Shown here: positions 46,863 through 59,400 of the stretch, in pieces
Numbering within the stretch: the first letter of the stretch is position 1
Layout: every line of letters begins with the position of its first letter
Assembly: GCA_000388065.2 (NCBI GenBank)
Contig: KB932203.1
Length of the DNA stretch: 64,000 bases
Source: Fonticula alba ATCC 38817
Lineage: Eukaryota > Protista > Nucleariida
Direction: 5' to 3' (one strand)
Translations under genes and position numbers: made by a program
The notes under the pieces: model-generated
Database searches by the model: none
What the model was told of the DNA's origin: nothing
Seen by the model: the letters and a program-made list of their open reading frames with translations, nothing else

Positions 46863-47673
46863 TGCGCGCGCGTGTGTGTTTGTCTGTGTGTCTGGCTGTG
46901 TGCGTGTGCGTGTGCGTGTGCGTGTGTGTGTGTGTCTTGGCGTGGGCAGATCCGCTCCGCTCGCGTGGTTTTACGGTCCGGCACGCTGCTCGAGGCTCTT
47001 TCTCTTCCCCTGCCTACGTGGAGATTTCACCTGACTGAGGCGAGGGCGTGGGGCGCGGTACAGCAGGCGCCGAAGGAAGTGGGCGGAGAGAGGGTGGGGG
47101 GGGGGGGAGAGGAAGGGGAGCCGTGCGGTGCTTGAAACGCTCTTGATAAACCAGCGGCAGATCCCTCGTGCACGGGGCAGCCAATGCAGAGACCCGGGAG
47201 AAGGGAGGGGCGGAGGTGGCGATGGGCCTGTGACAAGGCCGCGAGAGTGCGAGGGTAGAGGGGCGCAGGAGATATGGATGTGCAAAGGAGAGGGGGAGGG
47301 AGGGGGAGAGAGAGAAGGGGGATACCCGGTTCCCGGCATGCTCCAGGCAGCCCTCGCCAGGACCGTTGAAAAATGTATGTCCCCCCCCTCGGATCAGGCA
47401 CATGCCGAACGAGGAAGCAGGGGACAAGAGGCGGGCCCGGGCCCCGGCGACGATGGCGATACATGGCATGGCCCGGGGACCACGCTCGGGGCCACGCCGC
47501 CGGTCCGTGGGTTGGCAGCTCATTGGGAGTTATCATGTGTGTGTATTGTCATGCAGGGGGAGGTCAGCCGGCGCAGGGGGCGGGGGGGGGGGGGCGGAGA
47601 CCGACACCGGCCGGCGAACAGCTGGCCTCTCGGCCCGGCCCGCCATCCCCCCCCCTTTCCCTGCCAGCCGGCT

Positions 47674-50600
47674 CTACTTGGCGGCCGAGGGGCCGCCGGC
47701 TCCCGATCCATTGCGGGCTGGGGTATTGTCGGGTGTGGCCGTTGGCGCGGCCGGTGCCGGTGCCGGTGCCGCCCCGGAGGATGTGCCCCCGGCAGCCGAG
47801 CTGGCCGGGGTGCTGCCCTCCGAGGCGGACTTGTCGGCGGGGGAGGGCTTTTCGCTGGCCGTCGAGGACTTGTCACTGGCCGCGGGCCGATCGGCGCCGG
47901 GCTTGTCACTTGAGGCGTGCCCGCCGCCGCCGCCACCGCCGCGGCTGCCACCCGGGCCGCCGGTCGAGGCGCCGGACCCACTGGCCCCCTGCTGCCGGGG
48001 GAGGCTATCGCGCGAGGCGTTGATGACATCCATGACGGCCTGCGAGCCGGGCGAGCTGGGCGCCTCGAAGGGGTCCTGCCCGGGGAGGTTCAGCACGAAG
48101 ACCTGGGAGATGGACTTGAACTTCTCGTCGCTCTCATCGTCATCATCGAAGAGGACCAAGTAGTCGTTGCCGGCGCGCCGGAGCGAGGGCGGCTGCACGA
48201 CAGTGGCCTCGTAGAAGCATGTGGTGCCGGGATACAGGCAGAGGACCTTCTTGAACCGGGGGAACTCATGCGGGACGTAGTTTGTGGCGTTCTGCCGGGA
48301 GCGGGGCGGGGGGCGGGGGGGGGGGGGGGAGGGAGAGAAGGAGGAGGAGAGAAAAGCATGTGTGTACGTGCGTGTGTATGTGAGAGAGGGAGGGAGAGAG
48401 CACCGGCCAGGGCGCCACTGGCAGGCGAGGAAACACCAGCGGAGCAATGGCAAAGGGGCGTACCTCCTTCGGCGGCTCGGGCAGACTCTTCGGCAGGGGG
48501 ATGATCATGTCCGAATTGAGGGTATACCGCTTGGGGGGCTCCTGCTCGTCCTCGTTCTCGGCGTCGGTCACCTCGTACCGCGTGCGGGACAGGCGCCTTC
48601 GCCGGGCAGCCGCGCGACCAAGGGCATGTTAGCCGAGCAGCGACAGGGGAGGCGGGCGGGCAGCGAGCAAACAAAGGTCCATCCACCAAACGGACACCCA
48701 CGCACCGTGACACCTCGGCCAGGATCCACTCCTGAGTCTTGGCCTTGCCCTTGCCGGTCAGTGCGGCCACAAAGTCCCCAGGGGCAAAGACGGCCCCGGG
48801 CTCGGCCGGAGTCGGCCCGCACAGGGGCGGCGGGTTCTTGCCCTTGTAGATGCTGACATTCTTCTTCTGCGGGTGGATGGGTCCCCCGCCCCCGCACCCC
48901 CGATCAAGGTAGGCCGAGAGTCAGACACACGCATCCAGGAGGCCACCCGGCCCGAGGCCACGGAGGGCCGGGAAAGGGCCGGCGCAAGAGGAGGCCACAC
49001 AAGCAAATGGCCCCGGGCCGCTCCCCCCCCCCCTCCCCCACCTCCCACAACCGGGCCGGCCCTGCAGGTTGCCATGCTACGTACCACGCGCTCCTCGATG
49101 GGGGACTCGAACTTGGGGCGCTTGCGGGGGTGGTCGGCCGACCCGTCCAGCCGACTGGCCGAGTCGTCGCGGCGCGAATGGCCATCGGCTTCGCGCTTGG
49201 CGTCGGAGCCGGCCCGCGAGCCGCCCGGCCGGCCGCCCCCGGCTCCGCCGCCCGGGCTGTCGATGGCCGGGGAGCTGCCCCGGCCGCCGCGCGAGGCCGA
49301 TGGCGAATCGCGCGATGACCGGCTCCCGGCGTTGGCCACCGCCAGCGACCCATGCGAGGAGGAGCCGGACGCGCTGCCGGGCCCGCCGCCGGAGCCGGGC
49401 CCGCCGCCGGAACGCCCGGACCCGGACCCATCACGGTGCGACCCATGCCGCGAGCTGCCACCGGGCCCGGCGCCACCATCGGCCGAGGCCCCACCCCGGC
49501 CGGCCCGGCTGCTGGAGCCCGACCCGGCCGTGATGCCAGGCGACTGATGGGACCCGCCGCCGGACATGGCCGAGTGCGAGCCCCCGGGCCCGGTGCCGCC
49601 GCGGTAGTCCGACCGGCCATCCTCCGGGCCGGCCCCCTCCGAGGTCACATCCACCAGCAGGTCCCCGGAGGGGGAGCTTTCCACATAGGGGATGGCAATT
49701 TCCGGGGTGTAGGTGTCCTCCAGGGTGGTGGCCGCGCGGGTCATGCGCCCGACGGCGCGCTGGAAAAACTGGTTCAGCAGCAGGACCTGGTGCTCCTGGT
49801 TGGTCTTCAGAGGCAGCAGGTGCGTCAGGCTCCGGTAAATGTCATGCAGCAGGGCGTCACACTTGTCCGGGCCCAGCTCCGCGTGGTTCCGGCAAAAGTA
49901 CAGGATCTTGTCGTGCGTCACGGCCGACAAATCGGCCGAGAGCTCTTCCAACTCGCGGATCTGCAACACGCGCGCAAGGGGAAGGGCCGGGGGCGGGCAA
50001 ATGGCGGTCAGAGGGTCGGTCGCCCGGCCGGGTCAGCCAAGGGGAAGGAACAGGCCGTGGGTCGGGGAGGACCGGGCCACAGGGGGCGCCGGGGCGCCGG
50101 GGCACCGGAGCACCGGGCGGGGCCAGAGAGGGGGAGGGGCGAAAGGGAACATACATTGGTCAGGCGCTTGCGCCACTCCTGGGCCAGGTGCTCGGCCGTG
50201 TCCAGGAACATGTCCAGCTCGCGCATGGCCTTAAAGTCGTCGGGGGCCGCAGTCGAGCCGGCCGCCGCGGCGGCGGCGGCGGTGGCGGTGGTGGCGATGG
50301 CGGTGGCGGTGGCCGGCCCGGCGGCGGGGGGCCCGGTCACGGTCGACGGGGCGGCCGATGCCGCGGCCGCCGACGAAGCCGTCGCCGCAGTCGCGGCCGG
50401 CGTCGACTGCGCTGCACCGCCCCCGCGGGACGCCTGGCTGGCAGCCTTGCCTTGAGAGGCCCCGCTGGCGGACTTGGCACCCGGTTTGTTGGCGGACTTG
50501 CCCGACCCGCCACCGGAGGAGCCGCTGCCCTTCGAGGAGGAGGAGGAGGAGGAGGAGCCCCCGGAGCCGGACGAGGAGGACCCCTGTCGCGCTGAGGCGC

Positions 50601-50745
50601 CGGAGCCCCCGACCGGGGGGGTGCCGGTGCGCACGGCCGTGGCGCGTCGCGACGTGGCGGCCGGCCGCGCCGAACCGCCCTTGCCGGATGCCTGCGCCGG
50701 GGGGGCCGGCGCCGAGGAGGCCGACGGCGGGCCGCCTGCCGACAT
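47674..50745 (-). CDS. SGF29: SGF29 tandem-Tudor protein with an ING-like N-terminal coiled coil (~792 aa)
   Basis: Exons 50745-50155, 49960-49085, 48866-48706, 48596-48464, 48291-47674 join in frame. Tudor motifs PPPLCG..PGDFVAA..EWILAEV, RYEVTD, RYTLNSDMIIPLP and VLCLYPGTTCFYEA..DYLVLFDD match SGF29. An acceptor-like ccaag precedes the ATG, so a 5' exon is possible. Confidence 0.9.
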
Positions 50746-50785
50746 GGTCACTTGGGGGGGGGAGGAGAGAGGAGCAGGGGAGGAA

Positions 50786-50818
<33 letters not shown>

Positions 50819-51497
50819 TCGGCCGGGGAAAGGGCGTGCAGCAGGGGGAGATGTGGGGACACGGAGGCAGATGCGCTGCCCTCGACGCGGGCCCTCTCCC
50901 CGGGGGTGGGGGCATTTTCAGCGGGGATCAGCCCGCTAGTGTGTATCCCCCCCTCTGCCCGGGGAGCAAACACGACCGGGGGCCTCGGGGGTCTCACGGT
51001 GTGTGGTGCGCGGCCGCGCCCGGCCGGGCGACTGGCTCCGGGGGATCGACACCCCGGTGTCTCCGTTGGCATGTGGGCATCGCCGGTTGTGGGTGCGATG
51101 TCGGCCACTGCCGCCAGAGGTGTGTGCGAGGGGGCGGGGGTCTGGGGNNNNNNNNNNNNNNNNNNNNNNNNNNNNNNNNNNNNNNNNNNNNNNNNNNNNN
51201 NNNNNNNNNNNNNNNNNNNNNNNNNNNNNNNNNNNNNNNNNNNNNNNNNNNNNNNNNNNNNNNNNNNNNNNNNNNNNNNNNNNNNNNNNNNNNNNNNNNN
51301 NNNNNNNNNNNNNNNNNNNNNNNNNNNNNNNNNNNNNNNNNNNNNNNNNNNNNNNNNNNNNNNNNNNNNNNNNNNNNNNNNNNNNNNNNNNNNNNNNNNN
51401 NNNNNNNNNNNNNNNNNNNNNNNNNNNNNNNNNNNNNNNNNNNNNNNNNNNNNNNNNNNNNNNNNNNNNNNNNNNNNNNNNNNNNNNNNNNNNNNNN

Positions 51498-51530
<33 letters not shown>

Positions 51531-51554
51531 TGCGCGTGCATCTCCCTCCTCAAG
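50746..51554. promoter_or_regulatory. Putative bidirectional promoter between SGF29 (-) and NC2beta (+); partly an N gap
   Basis: Head-to-head arrangement with about 0.8 kb or less between the coding starts. The first NC2beta exon is unresolved (N gap 51148-51497). Confidence 0.45.
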
Positions 51555-52156
51555 CCACAATCTCGAAGATGGTACAGGAGATGCTGCCCGACGATGTGAC
51601 CTGCGCGCGCGACGCCTATGACGTCCTGATGTCCTGCTGCATCGGTGCGTGCCCCCTTGCTTTCGCCTCCCTCCTCCCCCCTGCCCTCTCCCCCGCGCAC
51701 ATGCATCGATGCCTGCCCGCCTGACACGCCGACCCATGCACACGCGCGTCGGCAGAGTTTGTTCACCTCCTGGCGGCCGAGGCCAATGAGATCTGCGAGG
51801 CCGAGCAGAAGCGCACAATCCTGCCGGAGCACATTGTTGCGGCGCTCAAGCGCCTGGAATTCGGCGAGGAGTTCCTGAAGCCCGTGGAGGAGGCCTTCCC
51901 CGAACACAAGAAGGACGCCAAGGAGCGGGTGCGTGTCCCTTGGCCCGCCTCTCTTCTTTTTTTTTCGCCCCCCCCCCCTCGCTTCCTCGGCCATGCATCT
52001 GCCCGGACAACGCCCGCTCGCTCACCCGCACGCACAACGCCCCTGCACCAGACAACCGAGCGGCGCAACCAGCGCGAGAAAAGCGTCGTCACCGATGAGA
52101 TGCTCCGGCAGCAGCAGGCGCTGCTGGACAAGGCCCGCGAGAAGTTCTTCAATTAG
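51555..52156 (+). CDS. DR1: Negative cofactor 2 beta / Dr1 (histone-fold TBP regulator), first exon unresolved
   Basis: Exons 51555-51644, 51756-51928, 52052-52156 (TAG): ATISKMVQEMLPDDVTCARDAYDVLMSCCI|EFVHLLAAEANEICEAEQKRTILPEHIVAALKRLEF..MLRQQQALLDKAR. These are classic NC2beta H2B-like fold motifs. Confidence 0.93.
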
Positions 52157-52435
52157 ACACGGCTGCCCGAATTGAATACACCACAAAAGACACACATACA
52201 CCCACGTGCAAGGAGGAGAAGCCCCGTATATGTATAAAAATAGGCCAAGAGGGCACTTCGTGTCAGGCTGCACGCGGTTTTCGGTGCACTTTTTTTTTTT
52301 TCGGACACAGGGGGGAAAGCGAGCCGGGGGGTCTTGTGCGCCGATTGCCGATCGCCGATCGCCGGCCGTCAGACGGATGCCTACACAGCGGGACCCCCCC
52401 CCCCCCCCCCCTGCCCCCCGGCACCTCCGCCCCGG

Positions 52436-55400
52436 CTACAGGTCATCCGGCCGGAGGGCCAGCCCTGGCAGGCGGTCCGCCACGCAGACCACCCGCCGGC
52501 GGTCGGTCGACGTTAGCAGCACCGCCCCGCGAGCCGGGACCAGCGCCACATGCGCCGGGGCCTGGTCCTCGAGGCCGGGACCGAACAGAGCCCCCCCCGT
52601 GCCGAGAGGCCACTCATGGCGGATGGCCGCCGGCAGGCGAGCAACCCCGGCCAGGGGAGAGGGCTCCAGTTGCGGGTGGTCCAGCAGGTGCAGGTCCAGC
52701 AGCGCAAAATGGCGCCCGGGCCCGGGCGGCCCATCGGCCACCAGCACCAGGCACATGGTCGGATCGACCAGCGTCAGGTCCAGGATGGCGGCCCAACGCC
52801 GCGGCATATCCAGCACCAAGTGCAGACCGGCCACACAGGGGATGGGCCCGCGGCTGGCATCCGGCCCGGGCCCCGGGCCCCGGTGGACCCGGCCACAGGT
52901 GGCCACGCAAACCAAGTGCACCCGACCGGGCTGGGCAAAGGCCCCGCCATTGCTCGCCGGCTGGGGCTGCTCAATGGCCGGGTGCAGGTGCAGGTGGTGC
53001 TCGGCCGGGGTGCCGGCCTCGGGCGGATCGCCTGGCGCCCGACACCGGAGCCGGGGCTCGAACACCGGCGGCAGGGCCCCCTCCAGCAGGAAGCCCGCTC
53101 CCGGGCGGACCCCCGCCCCGGGGCCCAGGACCAGCCCCTCGGCCGGACTGGATGGCAGGAGGCTGGCCCCCAGGCCGGGGTCAGGGCCGCGGGGCGCCTG
53201 CCGCCAGGCCCCACTGGCCCGGAGGTGGAAGTCCGCCTGCAAGTGGGACAGCTGCTCGCGCAGGGCCAGCAACCCCGATGCCAGGCTGCCTCGGGCAGAT
53301 GCGGCGAGGATGCCGGCCAGGCCCGGGACCGGGCGCCCGGCAACCGGCCCCGGCCCGGCGATGAAGAACCCGAAGTACTCGTCGAAGCGGCAGTCGGCCC
53401 CGCGCACGGCCATGCCGCCGGGGTGGACCGGCCCCTGGGCCGGCCGGCCGACAAACAGCCGCTCGATGGTGGCCGTCAGCTGGGCCTGGGAGAAGGCCTC
53501 GCCCGAGGAGGCCGAGGGGTCGGCCGAGCGGGCGGCCGCCGCGGCTGCCGCCGCCGCCGCCGCCGCCCGCGCACCCTTCTCCCGGGCCGGCCCGGCGTCG
53601 GCATCCTCGTCGTCGCTGGCGCCATCGGTGGCCGCCTCATGCAGGGCCGCGTCGATGCCCTGCAGCCAGGCGAAGAAGTGCACCAGCTGCTCGGTGTGCG
53701 ACTCGACGGCCACCCGGCAGTGCTCGAACTGCGACATCAGCTCCGCCGTGGTGCTGATCATCCGGCGCAGGGTGGGCTCCGAAAGGGCGAGCCCCGGGCC
53801 GGCCGCCGAGCCGGGCCCCGGGGCCGACAGCGGCAGCAGCAGCTCCAGCTCGATGAGCAGCGCGCGCAGCGAGGGGAGCGTGAAGTCCGAGATGATGTTC
53901 AAGATGCTCTGGCTGGCGAAGCGCAGCAGGCGCACGAGCTTCCGCCGGCGCTGTGCATTTCCCCGCGCGCCAGGGGGAGAGGCAGAGACGGAAAGCGCCA
54001 GGCGGCGAGGGAGCGAGGGAGGGAGGGAGGGAGAATGGAGCAGCCCGGCAGGACGGCGCGCCACCCCGGACAGGGGTCAGCCACATGTGGACCGGCAGGG
54101 CCGGCGATACAGCGAAGAAGGAGGGGCAAAATGAATGAGGCAGGGGCCAGAGGGAGGGGGCAAAAAAAAAAAAAGGCCCACAAAATGCCTCCGGGCTGGC
54201 GCACCTCCGCATGGTACGACGAGGACAGGAGGTCCGCCACATAGCCCGGCGTCAGGCCGGTGGACAGGGCACTCAGCAGGGACAGCCGGATGCGGCTCAG
54301 CAGGCGCTGCTCCGGGTCGCCGGCAGCCTCCCCGGCCGGGTCCTCGGCGTCCTCATCCGCCGGCATGGCGGCGGTGGCGGCCCGCGAGAAGCCCAGCAGC
54401 TCGGCCTGCACGCAGGACCAGGCATGCCGGCTCCGGGCATAGGTGGTGGCCGCCCAATTGAGCAGGACCTCCGCCCGGCGGGTGTACACGCTGAGCTCCT
54501 TCAGCAGCGGTCGCGCATGATGCAAGTCCCCCGAGAGGAAGGCGAAGGCCTCGGCCGGCTGGGGCCCCGGCCGCAGGCACAGCACGCTGGCCAGCGGCCC
54601 GCCCGTGGCCGACCAGGACAGGCAGGCCGACGTGCCGGCCGCCATGGCATCGGTGCCCGGCGCCGCCGCGCCCGGGGGAGGGATGTCGGGCCCGGTGGCC
54701 GGCACGCCGGTCAACCGGGCCGGCCCGGCCGCCGCCCCGAAGAACATCCCCAGGCTCAGGGCATTGGGCCAGAACACCGAGAAGGCCGGAGTCCGGCCAG
54801 CGGCCCGGTCAGCCGGCCCATCCAAACATGCCAGCACCACATCCGGCGAGGTGGCCGGCTCGGCGGCCGCCCGGCCCACCAGCCTGGGCAGCTCCGGCGG
54901 CGACACCGCCAAAAACCCGGCCGGCAGGTCCGACGACTGGAGCTCCAACGCGTCGAGCGGCGCCGGCCGCGGGGGCGGGCACAGGCTGCGCGCAAATTCC
55001 TCCTTGAGCGACTGGCCATCGGTCGGGCGGTCAGTGCCGGGGCATCACTTGTCTTTGGACTTGGCACCGGCCGGTGCTCGACCCCCCCCCCCGGGCCGGC
55101 TGGCCGGCACGCGCGCCGACGCGAGCCCACACCGAAGCCGCAGCGACAGGCGAACGTACCGTCATGCGGCCGCTACCCATGTCAGGCGGCGGGATCTTGG
55201 CCAGCGAGTCGTGACGGCGCCCCCCCGGCATGCAGCGCTCCGCAGGATGCCGCGACGCCAGGAGAATGGCCGCGTCCGCGCTGAGGGACACGGCGAAGCG
55301 CGCCCCACAGGCGAACGACAGGAGGCAGGCGCGCGGGGCCGTCAGCCAGGCAACCGAGCAGGGGAGGCATGCGCCATCGCCAGGCTGCGTGACATCCACC

Positions 55401-55804
55401 GCCGGAGATGCCGGGCCCTCCGACAAAGACCCCACCATCGCCAGCAGGTCCTCCGGCCGGAGGGCCCACACCAGGTCCCCGGAGTGCACGGAAAACAGGA
55501 CCACCAGACGGAGCCCGGCGCTGGACTTGGGGCTGCTGCTGCTGCTGCTGCTGCGGCTGTCACCGCTGCCAGGGCGCAGAAACAGCGGCCCGTGCCCGCC
55601 GCCAGCCGCCGGCGCCCGGAGGTCAAAGCATGCCAGGGCCAGCTCGTCATCCGGACTGATGTCCAGCCGGGTGGGGCTCGGCAACAGCGACAGGCCGCCC
55701 CGGTGGCCTGACACCTCAGCCGCCAGCCCCGGCGCCAGGTGCCGGCGCCAGTAGCCCGAGGTGAGGAGCACATCGCGCAGGGCGCTGCTTGCGGCCTGTG
55801 CCAT
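52436..55804 (-). CDS. ANAPC4: Anaphase-promoting complex subunit 4 (APC4)-like, divergent
   Basis: Exons approx 55804-55161, ~55012-54205, ~53950-52436. It has a WD-like start (RLDISPDDELALAC). The helical region LLNWAATTYARSRHAW..LSALSTG..SILNIISDFTLPSLRALLIEL..HFFAWL parallels APC4 LLQYINLSLTCMCEAW..SIQKLVISHLQSGSESLLYHL..AFFRWL as recalled. The C-terminal RGAVLLTSTDRRRV resembles RKVSCVLSSNLRHV. Confidence 0.65.
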
Positions 55805-56441
55805 GCTCACAAGATGGGGAGGGGGGTGCGTCAGAAGAGCGGCACCGGGCGGGGGCAGGAACAAAAAGATGGATGTGTAAGGGCGGGCGGCGGAGGCGCG
55901 GACATGAGGAGAGGAAGTGCCCGGGCCCCTCGGCGGGGAGTGTCCCGCGCACGCGTCCTGAAAAAAAACAAACAAATAAGCGCCAGGCACACCGCACACA
56001 CCGGCACCGAAAGGCCCCTCCCCCCCCCCCCGCACCGGCCGAAGAAGTATGCGCGAGCTCGCCGGCCGAGCAATCCCGCCGGCATCGGGCCGCGGGAAGC
56101 GATGCCAATTGCCAACGCATTCGGGCGCCCGGGATCCAGGGCGCGAGAGTGCGCGCGGCGGTCCCGGCGCCCGGTTCCTGACCCTCCCCTGAAACGCATA
56201 GACACACACACAGACACACACACACACACACAGGCACACACAGGCGGGCGTCACCGCCCTGTGGCCCTGTCTCTGCCAGCAGGTACATGCCCCATACAAA
56301 TGACATAGGTATATTGGTGAATGTGCCCACGGGCCCGGGCCTTCGTTCCGCGCCCAGCAGGCGAAGGACGGCAGGCAGGGAAGATGAACATCAACAGGGA
56401 GCCGGTGACACACCGGCACCATCAAAGGTGCGGCCCTTCCC

Positions 56442-59400
56442 CTAGGCCAGGGACGGGCCGCCGAAGCTCTCCTCGAACAGGCGCTGCGAGAGACGCATGT
56501 ACTTCTCGACCTCCTGAAAGACCACCGCCAAGAGAGGACCCGAAGAAGTGGCGGCACCAGCGCGCATGTGCGACCGGAAGTGGCAAGGCCCCCCCGGGGG
56601 ACGAGAGTGTCAGTCACGGAGGGGCGAGGGCAGGGGAAAAGAAAAAGGCACGAGGACAAAGGGGGGGGGGGGGAATGGCACGAACCGCTGGCTCCGAATC
56701 ACTGAGCGGCACGAAGCGCTCCTTGGTGCCGGACGGGTAGGCCGACAGGGGCGAGGTGGCCGCGGCCGGGCTGGCATCCGGCACACCGGACAACGAGGAC
56801 GCCGGCGGCGGGATGGCCGACCGGCTGGTGGTCGACGACCGCGACGACCGCCGGAACAGCCCGCCGTCGGAGGCCGACGTGGAGGCGGCCGCGGGGGCGG
56901 CCGACTCGGCGTGGATGTGCACCGAGCTGGCCGACGGGGTGACCGCGGCCGAGCGCTTGCCGGTGGCCACGCTGGAAACCACATTGGCCAGCGAGGTGGG
57001 CACATAGTAGATCATCAGGCCGCTCTGGTGCAGGAAGGACCCGGCATCGCGCCGCGCCGGGGAGCCGAGCATCGGCGCCGGGCTGGCAGGGGCCGAGGCC
57101 GCCGCGACCGCCGCCCCGGCGCCCTGCTTCGGCGGGGCCACCAGCACCCAGTCGACCAGGCGATCGAAGGTGACAAACCACTTGACCGAGGGCCCGCGCG
57201 CGTCCACATACAGGATGCCCTGGCGCGCGAAGTACAGGCTGGCCGACTCGCGGCGGATGTCCAGATGGTTGATGTAGTCCCAGGTGAAGAACTGCGANNN
57301 NNNNNNNNNNNNNNNNNNNNNNNNNNNNNNNNNNNNNNNNNNNNNNNNNNNNNNNNNNNNNNNNNNNNNNNNNNNNNNNNNNNNNNNNNNNNNNNNNNNN
57401 NNNNNNNNNNNNNNNNNNNNNNNNAAGGCGCCAGGACGGCAGCGACAGCATCAGATAAGCATGCTCCTTGGGCATATGGCGGGCGGGCCGAGGGGGAGGA
57501 AAAAGAAAAGAAGAAGAAAGAACGCACCTGGCCCTCATCGATGGTGGTCAGCAGGTGATTGCCGAAGGAATGGTGGGGGTAGTACGGCCGGAGGATGCGG
57601 TCCGGGCCGATGTAGCGCGGGATGCGAACATGCTCCGCCACGACGACCGAGCCGCTGACATCATTGCGGATGCCACTGGCGACTGCGGGCCCGCGGAGAA
57701 CGGAAAAGAGGAAGAAGACAGCCGCATCGGGAGGCCGGCCGCCACACAGGGCAAGGGAATAGCACAAAGCACCGAAAATAAAAAAAAAAAGAGGTCAGAC
57801 ATCAGGCACAGAGACAGAAACGGAGAGAGGGCGAGCAAAGGAAGCGGCGGCGGGACAAAGGCGACGCGAAAGAAACACCCCAAGGGCAGGGCACGACGCA
57901 CTGATGGCCGCGCCATCCAGCAGGCCAACCACCGGCTTGGTCACGGCGCCGGCCACGCCCTTGCCCACGCCGGAGAGGAAGCCCTTGAGGCCCTCCTCCT
58001 TGGCCCCATCCAGGGGCTTGGTCACCACCCCGGTCAGGGCGCTGCCGAGCCCACGCGCGAAGGTGGTCAGCCCGGTGCGCGTGGACTTGACGGTGCCCTG
58101 GCTGCGGGCGGCGATGCGCGTCACCTCGCGATCCTGCTGGAAGCGACTGTCGAAGGTCACCTCGGCCACGCCCTTGCTCAGGGAGCTGGTGATCTTGGTG
58201 GCGCTGTCCAGCACGCCGGACCCGGTGGACCGGAGCAGGGACGAAGTGCCGGCCGCCGCGCCCAGCAGGAACTCCTTCGACCCGCGGGTCAGGCCCTGGG
58301 CCGGCTCATAGAAGAAGTCCTGCACACCGGAGGACAGGCTGTTGAAGAGGCCCACCGGGTTGCCGAGCATGTCAATCGACCCGACCAGCATCAGCAACTG
58401 GCGCATCACCTGCGTGGCATAGTGCCGGGTCACCAGCGACACAAAGAGGCTGTCGGCCGCCGCGAAGTTCGACACCTCCAGCGAATTCAGCCGGATCGGC
58501 GCCCGGTCAATGCTCCCGAGGGACATGGACAGCAGGTCCACCACCGAGCTCAGGAACCCGAAGACCAGGGCGCCCTGCATGACCGACCGCTGGGGAGCAT
58601 CATCGGCCGCCGGGACAATGGCATCCCCGGCGCCGGCACCCGTGGAGCCGATGCCGCCATCGGGGCCGCCCTCGCCGCCGCCGGCGGCCGAGCCACCGGC
58701 CCCGCCCTCGGCCGCACCCTCGGCCAAGCCGTCCGGATTCCGGGACCGCATGAGCGTCAGGTTGATCTGGATCGGCTGGATCTCGAACACCCCGAAGTAG
58801 AGCCGCGTCGAGGCCGACCGGTGAACCGTCTGCGGCCGGGGCAGGCGCGGATCCACCGGACCGAAGGCGCCATGCAGGGTGGCCAGGCCGGGCTCCTCCA
58901 GAGCCGGCGGCCGGATCGCGGCCCCGGTCGGCAGCACCGCAAAGTGCCCCTCCTCCGGCTGCGGGCCGCCGCCCGGGCGAGGGCCCGGCACCGGCGCGCC
59001 CACCTGCAGCCGAGCAGAGGAACTCCCACTCGAGGGAAGCACACTGAAAACGAAGTCCAACATGCGCATCAGGAACACCTCGCTGCAATTGAGCTCGCAC
59101 TCCTGCAGCAGGACACTCAGGGACTTGGCCACGAAGACATGCGCCTCGGGTTGCTTGACAATCAGCGTCGACAGGTAGAGCAGGGGCTTGGCGGAGGACG
59201 CGTCGCCGGCCGTGATGACGGCCCCGGGCTCGGCCTCGGCCACCGACCCGGCCGATGACCCGGAATCACCGGCACGCTGCTTGGTGATGGTCGAGTGGAA
59301 GACCACCGGGAAGAGGGACCCGCGACTGGTGTCATCGATTTGCATCTGGCCAACGGTCAGGTCGATGGCCTGCGACAGGGAGGAGTCCGAGAACTGCAGC

